Notes under the pieces: generated by a model
The model's input: only the letters and a program-made list of their open reading frames with translations
Database searches by the model: none
What the model was told of the DNA's origin: nothing
Part shown: one piece after another, positions 1 through 13,065 of the stretch
Layout of the letters: each line of letters starts with the position of its first letter
How positions within the stretch are numbered: position 1 is the stretch's first letter
Assembly (NCBI GenBank): GCA_951406725.2
Contig: OX597816.1
Span: forward strand, 26,970,001-27,034,000
Length of the DNA: 64,000 nt
Source: Octopus vulgaris
Taxonomy: Eukaryota
Direction of reading: 5' to 3'
Translations under genes and position numbers: made by a program

Positions 1-59
1 TCATGGTCATCATGACCATCATTTAATGTGTGCCTCCCACGCCAGCATAGGTAGAATAT

Positions 60-345
60 CACGTGACTGACCAGACTATCAGATGTTGTTACACATCGCT
101 GGTCACAATGCGTTCACATTGTTTTAGCCTTCGAATGACGCCACCCCGCAGGCTAAGCGAGCAGGCCAACGGGAGAAAGAGTGGCGAAAGAGTACAGCAG
201 GGATCACCACCCCCTGCCGGAACCTCGTGGAGCTTTTAGGTGTTTTCAATCAATAAACACTCACAACGCCCGGTCTGGGAATCGAAACCGCGATCCTGCG
301 ATCGCGAGTCTGCTGCCCTAACGACTGGGCCATTGTGCCTCCACA
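60..345 (-). mobile_element. tRNA-derived SINE (family C; related copy 13066-13350)
   Basis: Minus strand A box TGGCCCAGTCGTTAG, B box GTTTCGATTCC, body shared with 13066-13350. Confidence 0.75.
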
Positions 346-542
346 GGTAGAATATATATTTCATAATTCTCTTTACTTTGACATGTCATATAACCCACAG
401 TTCTATGACACTGATCTATCAAAGAAAAAATTTTGATTTATTTTAGCAATGCCAAAAATAGCATCTACATTTATGAAAGAACTCAAGAAGGGTTATACCT
501 CTCTAAAAAAAAAATTGTTTGTGTGGATATGATAAAGCTTGA

Positions 543-711
543 TCACAATTTTGCAGAGTTTTGCTAGGGGAAAAGGTCACAATTTTGCAGAGTTTTGCTA
601 GGGGAAAAGGTCACAATTTTGCAGAGTTTTGCTAGGGGAAAAGGTCACAATTTTGCAGAGTTTTGCTAGGGGAAAAGGTCACAATTTTGCAGAGTTTTGC
701 TTGGGGAAAAG
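543..711. repeat. 34-bp minisatellite, 5 copies
   Basis: Unit TCACAATTTTGCAGAGTTTTGCTAGGGGAAAAGG at 543, 577, 611, 645, 679; only the last copy differs. Confidence 0.95.
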
Positions 712-771
712 ACCATCTGCAATTTAAAAAGCATAAAGTAAATGGTGTTTTTATCTTTTACTTGTTTCAGT

Positions 772-1528
772 CACTGGACTACAGCCATGCTGGAGCACCA
801 CCTTCAAGGGTTTAGTTTAACAAATCGACACCAATACTTCTTTTTAAGCCTGTTACTTATTCTATTGTTTTTTTCTTAACTGTTGAGTAATAGGGATGTA
901 AACAAACCAACAATGCTTGTCCAGCAGTTATTGGAGATAAAGAGGGGACAAACACAAAGACAACCCACACACATACATAATAGACTTCTTTCAGTTTCTG
1001 TCTATCAAACCTACTCACAAGGCTTTGCTTAGCCCAAGACTATAAGTACAAGACACTTGCCCAAGGTGCCATGTAATGGAACTGAACCCAGAACCATGCA
1101 GTGAAGAAACAAATTTCTTATTTCTTTATTGCCCACAAGGGGCTAAACAAAGGGATTAAGTCGATTACATAGACCCCCCAGTGCGAAACTGGTACTTAAT
1201 TTATCGACCCCGAAAGGATGAAAGGCAAAGTCAACCTCGGCGGAATTTGAACTCAGAATGTAACGGCAGACAAAATACCTATTTCTTTACTATCCACAAA
1301 GGGCTAAACATAGAGGGGACAAACAAGGACAGACAAACGGATTAAGTCGATTACATCAACCCCAGTGTGTAACTGGTACTTAATTTATCGACCCCGAAAG
1401 GATGGAAGGCAAAGTCGACCTCGGCGGAATTTGAGCTCAGAACGTAACGGCAGACGAAATACGGCTATGCATTTCGCCCGGCGTGCTAACCACTCTGCCA
1501 GCTCGACGCCACACAACTATGCCTGCAC
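772..1528 (-). mobile_element. Old family-A SINE with nested, partly duplicated family-B SINE (1115-1510)
   Basis: Decayed TTTACTTGTTTCAGTCA...GACACTTGCCCAAGG body, interrupted by two tandem ATCGACCCCGAAAGGATGAAAGGC segments. Confidence 0.8.
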
Positions 1529-1619
1529 TTGTTAGTTCACCATGATTTGATCTTTCTTTTAAACATCAAAGAAAATATAAAACTGTTGTTTAGAATGTAA
1601 TACCACAGTCAAAAAGTTA

Positions 1620-2012
1620 CTCTTTACTCTTTTACTTGTTTCAGTCATTTGACTGCGGCCATGCTGGAGCACCGCCTTTAGTCGAACAAATCGACCCCGG
1701 GACTTATTCTTTGTAAGCCCAGTACTTATTCTATCGGTCTCTTTTGTTGAACCGCTAAGTGACGGGGACGCAAACACACCAGCATCGGTTGTTAAGCAAT
1801 GCTAGGGGGACAGACACAGACACACAAACACACACACATACATATATATACATATATACGACAGGCTTCTTTCAGTTTCCGTCTACCAAATCCACTCACA
1901 AGGCATTGGTCGGCCCGGGGCTATAGCAGAAGACACTTGCCCAAGATGCCACGCAGTGGGACTGAACCCGGAACCATGTAGTTGGTTAGCAAGCTACTTA
2001 CCACACAGCCAC
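1620..2012 (-). mobile_element. tRNA-derived SINE family A (CORE-like CTTGGGCAAGTG block, internal (TA)/(CA) tract, AAAAGAGT tail)
   Basis: Near-identical to about 20 copies in the window; A/B boxes in the head. Confidence 0.92.
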
Positions 2013-2188
2013 AATTTCTATGGATACTTTCAAAAAATGATACCTCTCACTTTTTGGGACTGTTCAAATTTTTGGACATGTCCACTATTCCCAGGCGATA
2101 TCTGACATCTTTACCAATCATCATTCAATCTTTCTATCGGGCATTGCTTATCAGGGACAACATTAGACAATGTGTCCTTTCCTTTTAA

Positions 2189-2666
2189 ACCTTTAGTGTT
2201 CTGATTATTCTATCAAACATAATGCTTATTGATTCACATTGAAGTGTCTTCTGCTATAGCCCCGGGCCGACCAATACCATGTGAGTGGATTTGGTAGACG
2301 GAAACTGAAAGAAGCCTGTCGTATATATGTATATATATATATATACAACCGATGCTGGTGTGTTTACGTCCCCGTCACTTAGCGGTTCGGCAAAAGAGAC
2401 TGATAGAATAAGTACTGGGCTTACAAAGAATAAGTCCCGGGGTCGATTTGCTCGACTAAAGGTGATGCTCCAGCATGGCTGCAGTCAAATGACTGAAACA
2501 AGTAAAAGAGTAAAAGAGTAACTCATATCTTCAAGATCTTGATGGTGTAATTACTTAATGTAGAATAACATTGTAGGGTAGGTGTGAGGGCCTGGATCTG
2601 GTCAGTTTGAACATAAAACAGATTAAATATTTTGGCCGGATACAGGCCGGTTTAAATACTAAAGGG
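2189..2666. mobile_element. piggyBac-like non-autonomous element with nested family-A SINE fragment (2243-2520)
   Basis: TTAA at 2185-2188 and 2667-2670; CCTTTAGT...ACTAAAGGG termini; inverted copy at 6073-6292. Confidence 0.75.
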
Positions 2667-2858
2667 TTAAAGATGGTAGGTTGTATTGTGAGTAGGATTT
2701 TGTTATTTCTCTCAATTTTCTGGTGCATATTTCTGTCTGCGAAAAGTAGGCCATTAATATTTATGTTTTATGGCAGTGCTATGTGACTGACATGGCACAG
2801 TGGTAGGAGATGTGCTATAGTGACAGAGTAGAAACACTGACTCTTTAGTCTAAGTTAT

Positions 2859-3256
2859 CATCATCATTGTTCGACCGTGGTTGAGACAATGGAATTTACC
2901 ATGCTACGCCAGACTTCACGGTCCATCATGGCATTACGGAGGTCCTGTTGCTGGATGCCTGTATCCCTGGAGATTACATCAGGGTAGGAGAGTGTGCGCC
3001 CTCTGGTATCATGAGTAGATGGCTTCCAGAGAAGAAGAGCAGAAATTGCCTCGTTTTCAGCTCTACAACAATGTCCAGCAAACTGGACTCTCCTACCTTT
3101 CACAAGAGATGACACAGGTGGTAGTTTCCCATATATTTGCATTTTGGTTGGATGGCGCTTCCACGAGAGATTTTGAGCTCTCATAAGGAGGCGAGTGTAG
3201 GTTCCATCCAACCGCCTCTCAAGTTTCTTTGATAACGTCCAGGTTTCTGAGCCATA
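2859..3256 (-). mobile_element. 5'-truncated RTE/RTEX-type LINE (ORF2 C-terminus)
   Basis: LYGSETWTL...QFAGHC...DREVWR, (TGA)n tail, TSD TAAGTTAT at 2851-2858 and 3257-3264. Confidence 0.88.
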
Positions 3257-4078
3257 TAAGTTATGCATTTGTCAACAACAACGACTCTCAGATGTATACA
3301 ACAACATTTACTCAGTTACTCAACCCACTTGAAATAGCAGCCAGATGGGATGGGCATGACTGGATCACTTTTGATATACATGGGTTTGATCATTACTGAC
3401 CCAGGGCTCAACAACATGTATACAACATTAATGCTGATGATGATAATGATGGTAAAAGTAATTAGCCATCAATATTGTCAGCTGATTTAATAGTCATTAA
3501 GTCGATCAATGTTCTGTTCAATATAATTTTACTTTTGTTCAACTGAAAAACTATCATCTGGCATTCAATAGACATCACTATCTTTTACACAATATTCTTA
3601 CTTTTGAGCAACAACAGAAAACATGGGAGCTACTTATGTTATTAAAAACTTAATAGATTTAATTTTCTAATATAGTTAATGTTCACATCAAAACTTAAAT
3701 AGAAATAATAGTGGCGAGAGAAAAAATATTGGCTTAGTAACTAATAGTATTCTAATTATATAGCAAGTATGGGAGACAACTCCATACACTTTCAGCTTAT
3801 TAGACCTCTTCATTCAATCATAAACTTCATTATATTTGTGGAAGTAGTGATGAAGGAACCACTATGCATGTGTTCAATATTTTACAGGAGTAGGAGTAAA
3901 AAATTAGCATTATTCATTAATTTATTAAGATATTATTTAACAAACTAAACTGTTGAGAAAGATAAATTGAAATAAAGGTTCCTATCTCCCACCAAACAAG
4001 ATGCAGAAAATGCTAATAGAGAAGACAAACAGCAAAATCTAAATCAGTTGGAAGAAATGGCTTCAGAAAATAAAGAAA

Positions 4079-4574
4079 GGTGATTGAAAGATTCTAGTCG
4101 CTAGAATCCTTCAATCACCTTTCTTTATTTTCTCTGTCTGTCTATGCCGCATCCTTCATGTCCGATGGCATCACTTTGTCTTCAACAATTCGGTGCGACA
4201 CCAGTGCAGAATCACCTCCCTCCGACAAGTCATCCTAACGAGACGTCTGCGTTGGCTGGGTCATGCCCTCCGTCGTCAACCAGGAGAATTCATCTACGAA
4301 GCAATTGCCCCAGCTCCCCTTCAGGGTTGGCGAAAGCGATGTGGTGGACAACGAAAAACCTGGCTGATGACAGTCAAGGCTGATCTGGAACCCAACCTAG
4401 GTCCCCATATCTACAGCGTTCACCGCTGGAATAACGAGTGGTTGGAGATCACGCAGTTGTTAACCTCAAATCGCCAGGCCTGGTCGGCGTTTGCGAGAGA
4501 TGCAGCACTGAGGATAAATGAAGCCAGCTCAACCCACCCCGGGTGAATGCTGTCAAGTTAAGTCAAGTCAAGTC
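4079..4574 (+). mobile_element. 5'-truncated RTE LINE 3' end
   Basis: RRLRWLGHALR...GGQRKTW...NRQAW; (AGTCA)n tail; TSD AAAATAAAGAAA at 4067-4078 and 4575-4586. Confidence 0.88.
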
Positions 4575-5222
4575 AAAATAAAGAAAAACTTTTAATGTCT
4601 TGTAGATATATATAACCAATTGTAACGGAGGTGTCACAAAGCTGCACATAAAATGCAACTAAAACAAATATTGCACATAATAAAAAGGAAATTGTAGAAA
4701 GTGTGAAATCATTTGAAATTTTTTAGTTTTATTCATGTAAAAATTGCAGAAAGATGACAACCGTTTATAGTGCATTCCACCTATTGCATAGATCAGTGAT
4801 TGATCTATAACAGAACGAGAATTCCTGGTTCTAAACTGAGATTAATAATTTGATTATCCTCAGGGCTGTGTGTTTACATTTGACTACTATTTAACATCTA
4901 GTGACTGGTTATATCTTGCTGTTTATTTCATCATTACTACAATAGAATCAGTTTTGAATGATAATGGATAACATGAAATATTACATTACTGATGTATCCA
5001 GTTTCTCCAATAGCCAAATTTAATTGAAAGAGTCCTAAATCTGAGACACAGCCTTTCTTGGCAGCTGAAACATTACATTGATATTGTAGCCTGGCATGAA
5101 ATTTTGTTTTACGTAGACTGGACAAGTATTGTGTCCAGTGCATTAGTTTATACTAATTTTCATTGCTTAATCAATATTACAGCAAATCTATTAAGTTGTT
5201 GTCAGCAGGAATAAAAAATGAC

Positions 5223-5451
5223 GGCGAGCTGGCAGAATCGTTAGCACGCCGGGCGAAATGCGTAGCCGTATTTCGTCTGACGTTACATTCTGAGTTCAAA
5301 TTCCGCCGAGGTTGACTTTGCCTTTCATCCTTTCGGGGTCGATAAATTAAGTACCAGTTACGCACTGGGGGTTGATGTAATCGACTTAATCCGTTTGTCT
5401 GTCCTTGTTTGTCCCCTCTATGTTTAGCCCCTTGTGGGTAGTAAAGAAATA
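5223..5451 (+). mobile_element. SINE family B (tRNA-like head, GCCTTTCATCCTTTCGGGGTCGAT central block)
   Basis: 16-bp TSD AGGAATAAAAAATGAC; same body at 20565, 23183, 24873, 52354, 63540. Confidence 0.9.
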
Positions 5452-6072
5452 AGGAATAAAAAATGACCATGTTGTCTGAAATTCTGCAGACTTTGCTTTT
5501 AATGAAGAATTAAAAATAAAGCAGTTTGCAGGATTTTTGTAGAGGAGGGTTAATGGTTTAACTTGGTGGAAGAGGCTATGCTCATAACCTTTTGTAGGCT
5601 CTTTGAGAAAAAAAATTAAGACGGAGAATGTTCTTTTTAACAGATACAAGTCAACAGCTCCAGGAAAAAGCATAAAGAGAGAAGGAATTCCAGTGGGACA
5701 ATGTTTTTAGGAGAAAGCACTGAGCTGGAGTTGACACTCTGAGTAAGAGGATTGCTTGAGAAGAAGTGGTATGAGATCAGCCAGTTGAGGAGTGGAAGCT
5801 ATTATAGTAGAATAAGACAAGACAGAGACTAGACAGCATATCTATGAGGCAGAGATTGGATTGTATTGGTGATTGACTTTATGCTGATCACTTAAATGGT
5901 CCTTCTTTGTATGTGGTACAGGATGTCTGTATAAGGACAAAACTATCTGAGATGTGGGAACAACGTTTCACAGTAGACTGTACTTAAGCATTATTAAGGG
6001 TTAGCAGTAGTTGGGAAGCTGAAGTATTTTCTGTGTCTAAAGAGGAAGGTCAATCTGAGTGATGCAGTTTAA

Positions 6073-6292
6073 TCCTTTAGTGTTTAAACCGGCCATATCT
6101 GGCCCAGATATTCCACATGTTTTATATTCAAACTGGCGATATCTGGCCTCTCACACCTAACCTACATTGACATTCTAAAAATAAACAATCACATCATTGA
6201 AACCTCAAAGCTATAACATAATGCATGACTAATTCAAAACAATTTGAGTGAAAAAGTATTACATTTAATAGAGAAATTTGAACACCAAAGGG
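6073..6292. mobile_element. piggyBac-like MITE
   Basis: TTAA flanks at 6069-6072 and 6293-6296; reverse complement of 2189-2666. Confidence 0.75.
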
Positions 6293-6756
6293 TTAAAGAT
6301 GGTAGTGATTTATTTCCCATTTGTTCCTGCTATTAGAAAAATCAGATGGGGAAGAACAGTATCAATGGCTCTTGCTGCACACTGAAGATTGATGTGGTTG
6401 GTGTTTTATTTGAATTACTGTGGTTCAGTGTCTGAATGTAGATGGAGAAAATTCTAGAGAATGGCAGCTCTGACAAGGAATGATTGGCTAAAATAATTAG
6501 TCCAAGATCAAAGTGGATTGCAAAATAGATCGAAGGGTGAGGAAATGGTCTTATTTTCTTGAATTTTCCAGATGTGTTCCAGAGTTGTTTAATAGTATTC
6601 AGTGTAGACTCTCTCTTCTTGGTTTGATGAAAGAGGTTTGACTGACTTTTAATGTAGAGGTAAACTAAAAAGTAAGTTATTTAGTCTGGATTTTTTTTTT
6701 TAGTCAACTTCTCACCCTTCTTTCCAGTAACTTTTCGTACCCTTCATTTTACATAA

Positions 6757-7151
6757 TCTTTATATATAAAAGTGAGGTTGTATGCTGTCTGTCTCCTACG
6801 ATTTAGATTCCTAACTACTCCCACATTTTGCGGTGCAGTTTAACCAAAACCGGGTATCTTATAGTCGTGATACATATCGAGCCCTTCTGGGTATTAGCGC
6901 ACGTCTACGATGAGTCTACGATTTAAAAAAAATTTACCATCATTTTTTTCCATTTGAATGCATTTTTTCGCTATTATATAAGGGAAGTAACTCTCTAAAA
7001 ATGTCTACGACGAGTCAACGATTACAAAAAAAATTTACCATTTTTTCCCCATTTTTAATGCATTTTTTTGCTATTTTTTGGCTATAACTCTAATAATGCT
7101 TATATAGTTATTTCCCTTACAAACCCGAGCAACGTCAGGCAATACTGCTAG
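6757..7151 (+). mobile_element. Non-autonomous Helitron
   Basis: 5' TC after A; subterminal GC-rich hairpin-like CCCGAGCAACGTCAGG; 3' CTAG before T; related copy at 35375-35730 on the minus strand. Confidence 0.75.
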
Positions 7152-7366
7152 TATTAGATAAAGTAAATAATGCATTGGTGAGTGAAGAGTTGATAGCCAA
7201 TAGGATGGCCTGTGTTTGGACCACTAAGAAAATGGGAAGCATGTCAAGCAATGATGTAGGGAATCACCTCATTTAGATTCCATATATAGGCATAACCTGC
7301 CATGAACAACATCCCTCATGTAAGTTAACTTCTTTAAGAGATAGACTTATGAATGGGATGATGATT

Positions 7367-7619
7367 ATGATAGGTTACCCTTGATTGAACAGACCTACAA
7401 TCAAAGATATTCTAGCCATGACTATCCTGTTTTTCTAGGACATATCTAAGAATATATCATCTAATGTCTTTTACTCTCAGGGGCTGGCTTATGTAAGGGA
7501 TGTTGGTTATGATAGGTGTTATCCTTGATTGAGCAGACCTATAATCAAAGATATTCTAGCCATGACCACCCTGTTTTTTTAGGACATATCTAAGACTTTA
7601 TTACCAAATGTCTTTTACT
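7367..7619. repeat. Tandem duplication (~110 bp) of an old retroelement tail
   Basis: ATGATAGG...CTTGATTGA.CAGACCTA.AATCAAAGATATTCTAGCCATGAC...TGTCTTTTACT at 7367 and 7509. Confidence 0.75.
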
Positions 7620-8315
7620 TTGTTGGATAATAATAACAATAATAATAATAATAATAATGAAATTATTGTATACAGTGCTCAGGTGCACCACAACTTGTCA
7701 TAAAGTGCATATAAAGTATATGCAGTAATGTACAAATGTCTGGAAAGTGAACAATGTATGAGTCAGATACATGCTTGTGTGTGTATGGAGGGGAGGAAAT
7801 CAGGTGTAGTGTTGGCGAATCTCAGAAAGCATGGAAGTTTTGAAGGATGCAGTGAAATGTTGAGGGAGATTTGGTTGCTACTTTTAACAGATTGATTGAT
7901 CATATAGAGGCTCTTTTATCAACTCCAATGTTTGTGTGTACTACAGGGGTACCAACAATGGAAAATATGTGAAGAACTGTCTAGTTATTAATTATCAGTT
8001 GTAGGGTAGTGGATTAGTAGAGGTACCAAAGTACCTCGAGCAGAGTTTAACTTTGTTGCAAGCATTTGAGCCAGGCTAGATTTCTGGTTTGAGGATAATC
8101 TCTTCCCTTCCTTCCATCAGTTTCACAGGACTGAGAGAAGAAATGGTCAACGGAGCTGCCTTATTCTCCCTGATTAGAGGGTAAAAAAAAAATTCTGTTT
8201 TGGTCAACTTTACCTTCATCTTTCTACTATTGATAAGATCTCATTCTTGCTCACAACATCATAAGCGGAAAGTGTAACCTCTCGAAAGAGCTGTTCTTCA
8301 CTCCTGCTCCAGAGC

Positions 8316-8678
8316 GTCATTCGACTGCGGCCATGCTGGAGCACCGCCTTTAGTTGAGCAAATCGACCCTGGGACTTATTCTTTGTAAGCCCAGTACTTA
8401 TTCTATCGGTCTCTTTTGCCGAACCGCTAAGTGATGGGGACGTAAACACACCAGCATCGGTTGTCAAGCAATGCTAGGGGAACAAACACAGACACACAAA
8501 CACACATATATATACATACATACGACAGGCTTCTTTCAGTTTCCATCTACCAAATCCACTCACAAGGCATTGGTCGGCCCGGGGCTATAGCAGAAGACAC
8601 TTGCCCAAGATGCCACGCAGTGGGACTGAACCCAGAACCATGTGGTTGGTTAGCAAGCTACTTACCACACAGCCACAC
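8316..8678 (-). mobile_element. SINE family A
   Basis: Same body as 1620-2012. Confidence 0.9.
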
Positions 8679-8699
8679 CTCAATGTTAATCCTTTTAAC

Positions 8700-8997
8700 A
8701 TTTCTCCTTGTTGTGGCCGTAGCCAGTACCGCATTGACTGGCCTCCGTGCCGGTGGCACGTAAAAAACACCATCCGAGCGTGGCCGTTCGCCAGCCTCGT
8801 CTGGCACCTGTGTCGGTGGCACATAAAATCACCCACTACCCTCTCGGAGTGGTTGGCGTTAGGAAAGGCATCCAGCTGTAGAAACACTGCCAGATCTGAC
8901 TGGCCTGGTGCAGCCTTCTGGCTTCCCAGACCCCAGTTGAACCGTCCAACCCATGCTAGCATGGAAAGCGGACGTTAAACGATGATGATGATGATGA
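8700..8997 (+). mobile_element. RTE-type 3' UTR fragment with (GAT)n tail (also 9800-10152, 11150-11360, 11487-11610, 13600-13785)
   Basis: Shared GAGTGGTTGGCGTTAGGAA.GGCATCCAGCTGTAGAAAC...CATGCTAGCATGGAAAGCGGACGTTAAACGATGATG. Confidence 0.8.
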
Positions 8998-10168
8998 CAT
9001 AGGTTGGCTGAGAGAACATATTTGGTAAAATATATTTTGTAAAATACTATGGAATGTTATGAAAATATTACTAATCCCCCGCATACATACATACACTGGC
9101 TCCAAAAGATAAATTTGAGCAACAAATTTTCCAGTAGCAAAAACAGATTCTAATTTAGATGCTATTGGCAATAATTTGTGATATTTGATATACCTACTTA
9201 GGTAGCATGCCTAGGTAATAGCAGAGGTGATATGGATTAATTTATTTAGAATAATCTAGTGATATCCTGGCAACCAATCTCACTGAATAATCCTGAAAGA
9301 AGCTTGGAACATCTGTAACAATATTTTCACAAATTGGCTTTTACTATTTATTTTTATATATTTAGCTTATTCCTTTCACTGTAATTTGTAAGTGATCAGA
9401 AAAAGCTGCGTGACTAATGAATATTCAAAAGAACTATTATCTAATGTTAAATTACCTCCTGGAGAAAGGAGAGAGGATGTATTGAAAAAAAAAACTGTGC
9501 TCTACTTTTTATAACTGCATAAAACAAACCACTGACACAGAAGTAGAATCATGTGATTATATGCTTTGTTCTAGAAGGTGAGTAACAGATGCAAGTTTTA
9601 ATTTATTGATTTTTAAAAAATGATTAAGTAAAATAAAACAACTAAATCAAAGTGTGCTTTTGGTAATCAATAAAACAAATCTGAATTTTGTTAAAGCAAA
9701 AAGGTAAAAAGAAGAAAATAAAATCAATAAGTTTGGTTAATTTCAAACAGAATTCAAAAATATGAAGTTCAATGGCTATAATATATATATATATTCGAAA
9801 TCGAAATCGGAATCGAAATTGAACCAATCCTATGACTGGCACCCGGCAGTTACCAGGACCCCTGGACTGGTGGTACGTAAAAAGCGCTATCCGAATTGTG
9901 GCCGATGCCAGTGCCGCCTCGACTGGCTTCTGTGCCGGTGGCACGTAAAATGCACCAATCCGATCCTGGCTGTTGCCAGCCTTGCCTGGCACGTAAAAAG
10001 CACCCACTACACTCACGGAGTGGTTGCCGTTAGGAAGGGCATCCAGCTGTAGAAACACTGCCAGATCAGACTGGAGCCTGGCTTCCCAGATCCCCGGTCG
10101 AACAGTCCAACCCATGCTAGCATGGAAAACAGACGTTAAACGATGATGATGATATATATATATATATC

Positions 10169-10830
10169 ATTTCAGTCATTAGACTGTGGCCATGCTGGGG
10201 CACTACCTTGAAGAACTTCTAGTCAAGTGGATCGATCCCAGTACTTATTTTTTGTTTTTCAAGCCTGGTACTTATTCTATTGGTCTCTTTTGCTGAACCG
10301 CTAAGTTATGGGGACATAAGCACACGAACACTGGTTATTAAGCGGTGGTGGGACGGACGGACACACACACAAATGGGCTTCTTTCAGTTTCTGTCTACCA
10401 AATCCATACCACTCACAAAGCTTTGATTGGCCTGAGGCTGTAGCAGAAGACACTTGTCCAAGGTGCCATGCAGTGGGACTGAACCCAGGACCATGTGGTT
10501 GCGAAGTAAACTTCTTACCACAGCCATGTGTGATATATACACATACACACAAACACACAAATAGTCTGTAACTGAACCACTGGTGCTGGTAAGTGTGGCT
10601 GTATGGTAAAAAAGTTCATGGGCCTCCAGGTGCAATCCTACTGTGCAGCACTTTGGGAATGTTTTCTACCATAACCTCAAATAGACACACACTTAGCGGT
10701 TCGGCAAAATGAGACCGATAGAATAAGTACTGGGCTTACAAAGAATAAGTCCTGGGGTCAATTTGCTCGACTAAAGGTGGTGCTCCAGCAAGGCCGCAGT
10801 CAAATGACTGAAACAAGTAAAAGAAAAAAA
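10169..10830. mobile_element. Two decayed family-A SINEs in opposite orientation (10169-10530 minus, 10590-10830 plus)
   Basis: Family A motifs with many CpG-to-TpG changes. Confidence 0.8.
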
Positions 10831-12014
10831 AATATACAAGTCAACCTGTGTTCTCTAATTGCATTCCCCTCCCTTTCATCTCTCATTCTCCTTCCACACT
10901 CATGAAATTACCTACCCTCTCAGCCTATCCAATCCTCCGTGCAACTTATATACATCTTGTACCTTGAGAGTACACCCTGACACATCTTCACCATCTTCTC
11001 TCTTCTCTCAATTGGGGTGGCCATGTATCTCATCTACTGCAACACACCTGTCTTTTTGTTCCTTTATCATACTCTAATCTCTCAACACCTGACACAATGC
11101 CACTTCCTTCAATACTACACCACTTCTCAGATGAGAGGTTCACTCTTGCATGTTACTTAGTGACCCTGTTGGTGCTGGTGCCACACAAAAAGTACTCCAT
11201 ACACTCTGAAAAGTGGTTGGCATTAGGAATGGCATCTAACTGTAGAAATTGTGCCAGTAGATAGTAGAGCTTGGCACAGTCTTCTGGTTTTTCAGTTCCA
11301 GTCAAACTGCCCAATCCATGCCAGCATGGAAAGCAGATGTTAAATGATAATGATGATGAGAGATGTATGTGTGTATATGTCATATATATATTTATATATA
11401 TATATATATGCACATACACACACACATGTACATGTGTCTGTCTGTCTGTTTATCTATCTATCTATCTATCTATATATATATCCGAACGTGGCCGTAGCCA
11501 GTACCGCATCGACTCGCCTCCGTGCTGTGGGCACGTAACAAGCACCATCCGATAACCCATGCTAGCATGGAAAGCGGACGTTAAATGATGATGATGATGA
11601 TGATGATGATAAACAATCTATGTACCATCCTTAATATAAATACATAGTAAGAAAGCAAATTTACTGCAATATTCATCCAGAGATAACACCCCTTATAGAT
11701 GTCTTGTGTTTAAAAACACAATGTATATTGAAGGCCGTCTCAGCAGCAACCAGTTAGAATGCCAGATACATTTCAGCCTCATTGGTCCTTGTAAATGCTG
11801 TGTGCTCACAGCCAACTGCATGCTTGTTTTTATATTCAGTTATAGTAAAAAGGGTTACTCAATGCTTTTGTAGAGTATAAATCTATCATTCCTGAGCAAG
11901 AATAGTATTGACAGTGACTCTGAAGTTTCATCCAGCTAAGCCATTATCGGACTGTCTGATGCTGGCCAACACTTCGAAGTCACAGTCAATACTATTCTAA
12001 TTAAAGAGTAATAT

Positions 12015-12950
12015 CATCATCATCGTTTAACATCCGTTTTCCAAACTAGCACGGGTTGGACGGTTCAACTGGGGATCTTGGGAAGCCAAGAGGCTGCACC
12101 AGGCTCCAGTCTGATCTGGCAGTGTTTCTATAGCCGGATGCCCTTCGTAACACCAACCACTCCGTGAGTGTAGCGGGTGCTTTTTATGTGCCACCGGCTC
12201 AGAGGCCAGAGGAGGTTGGCATACGGCCACAATCAGTTGATGCTTATTATGTGTCACCGGCATGGACTCCAGTCAAGGTGGTGCTAGCATCGGCCATGCT
12301 CGGATGGTGCTTTTTACGTGCCACTGGCACAGGTATCACAACTGCAATTTCCATTTGATATTAATGTACTCGACTAAATAGGTCTCCTCAAGTATAGCAG
12401 GTCACCTCCTCAAGTATAGCAGGTCACCCTACTTACAGCAGGCTTTCCTGTGAGCCATGAACTCACTTCATTTGTTGGGTCTTCGGAGTCACAGCATATC
12501 TCAGAGGCCTGCTGTGCTAACCTTGGATCATAGGGCGACCTGCTGTGCTTAAGGAGACCTATTGAGTTAAGTACATCAACATCAAAATAAAAATCAAATG
12601 GATATTGTAGTTGTGATACCTGTGCCGGTGGCATGTTGGGCCTCACAGAGGCAATGATGAAAGACCAGTAGGGGAAGAAACTTTCTAAACTTTGCCCAGG
12701 CTATTCTTATTCTAGTGGTAACACTCTCTGAGCATCCACCCCCACTACTAACTTGGTCACCTAGGTAGTGGAAACTATCAACTACTTCTAGTTTCTCCCC
12801 CTGGAGTGTGATGGAATCTGTTTTCTGAGTATCTGTGGGGTGTCTATTGCTGCTGTGCATCTGCCGCACAAGAAAGCTATCTTCTCAGTTAATTTTCCTT
12901 TGATGTTGCTGCACCTCTTATGTGTCCATAGCTTACACTGGGTACATCTG
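12015..12950 (-). mobile_element. RTE LINE fragments: RT with inserted PHD-like finger, plus 3' UTR
   Basis: CTQCKLWTHKRCS...FLCGRC; LEVVDSFHYLG...RIRIAWAKF; 3' UTR with (GAT)n tail at 12015. Confidence 0.8.
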
Positions 12951-13065
12951 GTGGTGGTGGGGGGGGGGAAGTCACACATACATATACATACAAGCATGCA
13001 TATACACACATACATGCATACACACACATACATGCATGCATATACATACATACATATACATACAT

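Noticed and set aside
543-711. CRISPR-like 34-bp repeats
   Set aside because: Head-to-tail with no spacers, in a eukaryotic context; it is a minisatellite.
1559-2521. Recurrent ORFs such as MPRSGTEPGTMW and SLSGSAKETDRISTGL
   Set aside because: Translations of the family-A SINE, repeated throughout the window.
4783-4881. Possible H/ACA snoRNA (ACAGAA H-like box, terminal ACATTT)
   Set aside because: Hairpins are weak, no rRNA target is evident, and it is antisense to the only inferred host gene.
4985-5065. Candidate second exon on the minus strand (TTTCAG acceptor)
   Set aside because: In phase with exon 1 it reaches TAG after 9 codons; no MSH3 similarity.
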